From Eledone cirrhosa (lineage: Eukaryota), in NCBI GenBank assembly GCA_964016885.1, contig OZ024746.1:8680001-8744000 (forward strand): 64,000 nucleotides of DNA, read 5' to 3'. How positions within the stretch are numbered: position 1 is the stretch's first letter; the number at the start of each line of letters is the position of its first letter. The notes under the pieces were generated by a model. The model was not told the DNA's origin and made no database searches. It was given only the letters and a program-made list of their open reading frames with translations. Made by a program: the position numbers and the translations under genes. Below are positions 57,274 through 64,000 of the stretch, one piece after another.

Positions 57274-58212
57274 TATATATATATATATATATCACTTGTA
57301 TTTAAACACTTCAATTGGTGATTTATATTGAAATTTTAAAAACTTCATTGTAAGCCAACAAGAAATAGCCGTCGAAACGGCTTGAGCTCTGCCGTCGGAG
57401 TCATACTCTTTCCTATATATATATATATATATAGGTAGGAAAAAGCAAAGATTTCTAATTAGAAATCATGGAAGAAGAAATACAAATTCGACTCTAACTT
57501 GATTTGAACTCAGAAGGTAGAGCGATGTAATTAAATTTCACATTGTTGTCGCTTTTTCTGGTATCTGTTACTGATAGGACAAGGAAATAATTGTGCCTAA
57601 CAAAACCACAAAGCCAGAAATTTAGTAGGAGTGAGTTGATTAAATCGGCCCCCAGGACTGGACTGATACTGCCTTTTATAGACCCCGAATGGATGAAAGA
57701 TTAACTGGCTCTTGTTGGGATTTACACTTAGTACGTTAAGAACCAGAAGAAATACAGCAATACATTTTATCCAACACTCCAATATTTATGTCAAAACCCC
57801 TTTTAGAAACTTGGAAATAATGGTTGTAGAAAATAAGTAAAAAATCCTTATAAATATATATAGGATCATGTTTTTATTTCTATGCAAGAACCGTATTCTA
57901 TATCTCTTTAACAAATCAGAATATACAACTAATCGATAAGCTAAATACCCATCTCAGTTAACTGGAATCAAACGTGACGAGATCAATACTTTGTCCGTTA
58001 AGACATAACCACTTTGGTTAAAACATCGATAAGAAATGATGGTGCCCAAAGCGAGGCTGCTGTAGGTTGTGTGTTTAAGAAGTTTATAACAAACGGACTA
58101 TTATATTGAATATCGAATTAGTAACCTTAAGCAATGTTTGTAATTGATGCACCTGGTGTTTCATTGGAAAATATTCCAATAATTTCAGTTTTGCACATAT
58201 ATGTATATATAT

Positions 58213-58312
<100 letters not shown>

Positions 58313-58489
58313 ATATGTGTATATGTACACGCACATAGCCACACGAATTCATACACTAATACGTACAAGAATATACGTATTAATGTATATGTACGTGCTT
58401 GTATCTGTGTTCGTATAGATTTCTTTCTGTCCACACCCACACCCATATAACCCCACACACACATATATATACATATATTTATTTACACA

Positions 58490-58543
<54 letters not shown>

Positions 58544-59548
58544 CATATATATATATATAATATATATATATCACTTGTATTTAAACACATCAATTGGTGA
58601 TTTATATTGAAATTTTAAGAACTTCATTGTAAGCCAACAAGAAAAGAATAGCGCATAAGAGAAAGCAAAATGTAAAAAAACAAAAATACACACACAGAGA
58701 CAAAATAACAGAAAAAATGTTATTGATTATTGCTTTTACTTCTTATTCAGAAATATTTAGATATCTATGTTTTTGAATAATACAAAGATTTGTAAGAAGA
58801 CACGATTTCATATTTTTTGTTGCCTTAAAGACACTTTTTTCTATTGTTGACGGAAATATTTCAGTAATAGAATTCGCGAGTCAGTGTGAAGATATATGTA
58901 ACGTGTTTTATTTGACATCGGTTATATAATGATTTATATATTCTGTAGGAGGCAAATCAAACAGTAAAAAAAAACTCCACACACATGTCTCATCTCAATA
59001 TGGAATATTGTTTTTCCTCTTTAAATACTGCTAGCAAAAATATACGCTGAATCAATCATCGGATGCCAGAATGATCCTTGTAAAACAAGTGAAATTTTAA
59101 AATATAAAGTACAAAACAAACAAAATTAAATTTTACTACACTGGCATTCAATTTGGTACTGCCATTCAATTTCTGGAGTTGTTAATTAATTTAATACCAA
59201 CATTTGTCTATTCCGAACTGTAGCATCAGCTGTTTCTTAATGGACAGTTGATTGGCAGAATTGTTAGTCTCGGATAATATACTTCGCTACGTCTATTTCG
59301 GCTACTTACCTTCTGAATTTATATCTCACCGGGTTAACTTTAGCATCCTGTTGAGGTTGGTAAAATAGATTATAAATCAAGTACTTGGGCCGACATAGTC
59401 GACTGTTCACCGCGCGCCAGAGTCCTTACCTTGTATCCATTCTCTCGTTTATCTTTTATTCGAGCTTCCCATGGAAGAATAACATCGGAAACGTTAAGAC
59501 TTTTTCCTATATATTTACATATGCACCCCCCCCACATATATATATACA

Positions 59549-59615
<67 letters not shown>

Positions 59616-59618
<3 letters not shown>

Positions 59619-59801
59619 AACCAGTAAGACCCCGACAGCTGAGCTCAAGCCGTTTCGACGGCTAATTCCAGAATTAGCCGTCGAAACGGCTTGAGCTCAG
59701 CTGTCGGGGTCTTACTGGTTCCTATTACCCACTCTACTACCTCAAGTATTGAGTACTTTGGTGCGTTATGGTCCACCTGGTTCCTTACCACATTTCCTTC
59801 G

Positions 59802-59804
<3 letters not shown>
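59616..59804. mobile_element. Family A fold-back cassette, opposite orientation
   Basis: Short arm left, long arm right, 2-nt loop (gctaattc-CA-gaattagc); (TA)n on both sides. Confidence 0.75.
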
Positions 59805-59865
<61 letters not shown>

Positions 59866-59867
59866 GC

Positions 59868-59899
<32 letters not shown>

Positions 59900-60363
59900 G
59901 TGAGGTTTTTTTTAAGTAAAGAAATTCAAACACACACACACACAACACACGCACACACACACAAGCACACAAATAAACATACATATCTTTACTGTCTTTA
60001 TTCAATAGAAAATCTGAATTCTGACACCCCAGCGAACTAACAATATTCACTGAACCAGAACAATTCTCCCATCCCTTTCTCTTGACCATTATCTTTCACT
60101 TATCGAACTGGCGCGAAATCTATTATAATTATTGACAAACCAATCAAATTACTTCTCGAAAAACCTGGCATTTCGAGCCACTTTTTCCATATAAAACAAG
60201 TAACATTCAGAGACCAACCAGATGTGAGAAAAACCACAGACCCTCCATCTCAACTCACCTTTTGAAAAGCAGAAGAACTGTGAAACCGGTAAAGGAACCA
60301 AATAAATATATATATTTAAAAAAAAATAAGACTCCAGTTGCATTTTCGATTTCATCTCTTTTT

Positions 60364-60471
<108 letters not shown>

Positions 60472-60942
60472 ATACGTTATATATTTTACTATTTTATTAG
60501 TGTTAGATATCGGTCAGTGGTTATGCTCGGTTTCCACCTTTAAGGATTTTTAGTCAATTATATAAATCACAGTAAGTTTTCACCTAGTGTTTTAAGCGGC
60601 ACCCGAAGAAAGAAAGCTAAATTAAACACAAGTGTAAATAGGATTAACTCGAAACTAACGGGACGTAACTCCAAACAGTTGTTCTAGCTCTCTGCACTCA
60701 AAGTTGAATCTCACCGAGATCAACTTTTCCTTTTATCATTTCGGAGTTGATAAAATAATGTACCAGTCCATGGTGGTGCATAACGGAATTGCTAGACTGT
60801 GGGGTGAGATGTGTTGCTGTCTATGTTCAAAAAGTTGCCAACCCAACGTTGACAGCGGTAGTCTCTAGGATACGAAACTATAATGGAGTATGAAGACTGC
60901 AATGATCTGAGGAGTATTGAGATTGTCTGCTACTTCAGTCGA

Positions 60943-60975
<33 letters not shown>

Positions 60976-62852
60976 CTATTAACGGAGCTGGCTCCACTTA
61001 TCGAGTTACAGACTTTGTAGCACAAATGTTGCACTATTTCCCATTCACTTAATCTTAATATGAAACCATACAAACGTGAGTGAAAAGTAATTCAGTTATT
61101 TGCACACATTGTCAGAAACGGTATTTCAAAAACAAATAGAAACAAACCAAAATGGCTACCAAATGCCACTACCTAAAAATCACGTGGCTAGTGTACGTTT
61201 TTAATCTCATTCTCGAAATATTGGAAAGATCAGAATTATCTTAAGTGGCGCATGATGAAGCATCTAATGTGCTGTAGAAATAAGCCATGACTACCACAGT
61301 ATATTTAGTGGCAGCCCAAAAAATATTTAACCACTAAACACTTATAAACTTCAAGAAGCCTTGCATCTTGTAAATTGGCGTAAGCAAATGCCATTGTGTA
61401 ATAATAAACAGCCGTGCTGATACTCATCATATTTTCGACAAGACAAACTTTGGACGTATTGCCATTGTATGACACACTTGAATGAATAATTTTTCCTGCA
61501 TGTTTTTACGTCATTCCTATTTTCTCTTTCATAATAAACAAAATATTGACTTGTTCCAAATACCTTGTAAAGCAAATGAGTATAAGGGAACATGGAAACT
61601 ACGAATATAGGAAAGACTTCACTGAGTTCAATATTAAATAAACTATCTACGAATATCATTTCACTTTTGACTCTTCACATGGGTGGTTTATACTTTTCTC
61701 AAGGATATTAGTCACTTATGGTTTCTTGAAAGCTGAATCACTAATGTAGCTGAATGCAGTTTAGTTTACCTGCGTCACGAATGTCCTGGAAAAAGAAGAA
61801 TGTTGTATGTTCTTTCCTACAATATAGCATCTTCGAAATTGTACCTAAGCATACAGAAACAGCTTTTATATATCGTAAGTAAAAGCCCCCAAATATTTGC
61901 TTTTCTAGGTAAATAGCAGAAATACAATGACTAGGCATGAAAGCCAACAATTGCAACATGTATGTCATTTCTAGCGACATCAGTCAGGTAAATGAAATCA
62001 AAGGAATATTTTTACTTCATAAGGAAATTTTGGTATAATATTTGTCAAGAAAAAGGCAAGCGCCTTAGGGACTCTCTCTACGTTGCAGTTTCAATTCTCA
62101 ATTGGAAATAATTTCACATGCATAATTAATATCCGTTTTGGTCTTCCGCCTCAAATATATGACATTCTTACCTCCTCTAAAGGTAGCGATTTGATGTGGC
62201 AAATCAGCTTTCAAATTTCATTAAAGACACTAAAAATCTTTAACGCTCATAGGAAAAGCGCAGCAAACGCGCCCCTACTTAAATCAAAAGCTCAATGGCT
62301 AGATATTGCAGTACATGATATTCATAGGTATAATGCATTGAATAATAGGTTTGTTTGATGAGAGTTTATCTGGGGTTTCACAACAACAACTACGACAATA
62401 ACAACAAACATGATGAAAATAATGGCAACAACAACAACAGCATCAACAACAGTAACAGCTCATGTGTTCATAAATATTTTCGAAGAGGGAAAGAGAGAAA
62501 GAGTGAGAGAGAGAGTGGGGGAGAGAAAGAGAGAGAGGGAGAGGGAGAGAGAGAGACTGAATGAGATAGATAGATGGATAGTTATAAATAGATAGATAGA
62601 TAGATAGAGCGAGGGAGGGAGAGAGAGAGAGAGTGAGAGAGAGAGCGAGAGAGAGCGAGAGAGAGAAGACCTTAGTTACTGCTGCTCTATTTATTAAATC
62701 AATTTGACCGATATGCTATTGCTGGATAATTTTAGTAATCAATAATAGCCAGCAAATTGCGTTTGTTAGCCGGTGTTGTCTGGAAGATATCTGTCTTTAT
62801 ATCTATTTAACACATAATTCTATCAAGTGTGGGGTGTTTGAGTGTGAAGTTA

Positions 62853-63360
62853 ATAATTGTTTCTACTTTTGGCACAAGGCCAGCAATTATCCAGTGTATT
62901 ACTGGTACTTTATTTTATCGACCCCGTAAGGATGAAAGGCAAAGTTAACCTTGGCGGGATTTGAACTGAGAATGGCAAGGGCCGTAACTCTATGCGTCAA
63001 AGCATGGCGTCCGACCCTCTACCGATACTGCCAATCCACCGCCTTGTGAAGTTAATAATAATTGTGTGAAGTTAATAAAAATTTCTAATTTTAAGCACAA
63101 GACCAATGATATTGGGGAAACGAAAGTCGATTGAATCAGCTCTAGTATTTTACTTGAACTTCATTTTATTGATATCGAACGGCTGAAAGGCAAAGTTGAC
63201 TTCGGTGGGATTTGAGTTCAGAACGTAAAAATACTACGGGGGATCAACTTTCCTTTTCATCCTTAGTGAATCGATGAAATAAAATACCAGTTAAGTATTT
63301 GGGTCGATATAATCGACTTTTCGCTATCTTCAAATTGCTGGCCTTTTGCCAATATTAGGA
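62853..63360. mobile_element. SINE family 1 copy with TSD plus older degenerate copies
   Basis: 62853-63043(-) flanked by tgtgaagttaataat; diverged pieces to 63360. Others at 54035-54205(-) and 56278-56372(-). Confidence 0.8.
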
Positions 63361-63439
63361 ATAGTGTGAAATTAATAATTGTGAGAGTGAGAGCGCAAGT
63401 TTTTACATATCTTTATAATTGTGTTGATATAATTCAATA

Positions 63440-63900
63440 CGAATGATTTATTACGATCAATTGGGTAACAAGAAATATTATCCCCAATACCATATATTCA
63501 GTTTTATGCGAATTTCTTCCAGGAACATCTTCGTGATCCTGTGTCATTCTATTTGTGGGAATGTAGAAGTGTATGTGTTTAATATATAACATTTGCTGCA
63601 TTCTTGGTATATTAGGTCTGCTGTTATTTCAGTGGTTCATCTGTTGTATTATGTACACACTTGGTTGTGATATTTTGTTGGGTGTCGTTTCTTTCATTTA
63701 TATGGACTGATCGTTGCTATTTCTTCGTGGCGTGTTTAGTTTTTCTCGTAGAATTGATCCTAGCTTACTCATGGTGAATGTCTCCAGGATCCATGAGTTG
63801 GACCACAGTCAAAAGCCTTCTGATAATTATCAATCCATGTCATACTTACACTTTTATTTCTCTTTCTATATTCTCCAAATATGGTTTTGTTGAGCAGTAA
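63440..63900 (-). mobile_element. Decayed LINE apurinic-endonuclease fragment (RTE-like)
   Basis: TVVQ..P, DQFYEK and HRIT..PGR words across frameshifts. Confidence 0.4.
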
Positions 63901-64000
63901 CTAACCCATACGAAAACATTGTAAATATCTATTACAATTTTTTGTAAATGTTTGTAAATATCTATAAATGTTTGCTAAGATGAACGGCTACATCTGTGTC

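Noticed and set aside
61100-62350. Possible decayed hAT transposase on the minus strand (EVFP...ER words)
   Set aside because: Similarity too weak to support by eye.

Overview
AT-rich, microsatellite-dense animal genomic DNA, inferred to be octopus/cephalopod from its SINE families. No intact protein-coding gene is visible, and almost all listed ORFs are microsatellite read-throughs. Ordinary content: about 25 tRNA-derived SINEs of two families, LINE fragments (Tx1/L1-like, CRE, RTE), a decayed Tigger/Jerky-type pogo transposase, hAT-type MITEs, a 61-62 bp satellite and a probable decayed CUB-domain sequence. The main signal is that the (TA)n tracts carry short cassettes from about 10 sequence-unrelated families. 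At least 8 of these families contain a complete type I hammerhead ribozyme (HHR) fold (stem I, CUGANGA, stem II, GAAA, stem III, UH), and others contain only an HHR 3' half. They resemble Penelope-like element termini or non-autonomous retrozymes. Most are fold-back inverted repeats. In two families the fold-back centre is a ribozyme helix, and one of these shows flip/flop loop orientation. Several cores are non-canonical (CAGANGA, U-U at 10.1/11.1, long stem II inserts). Coordinates and folds were read by eye; nothing was computed or searched.
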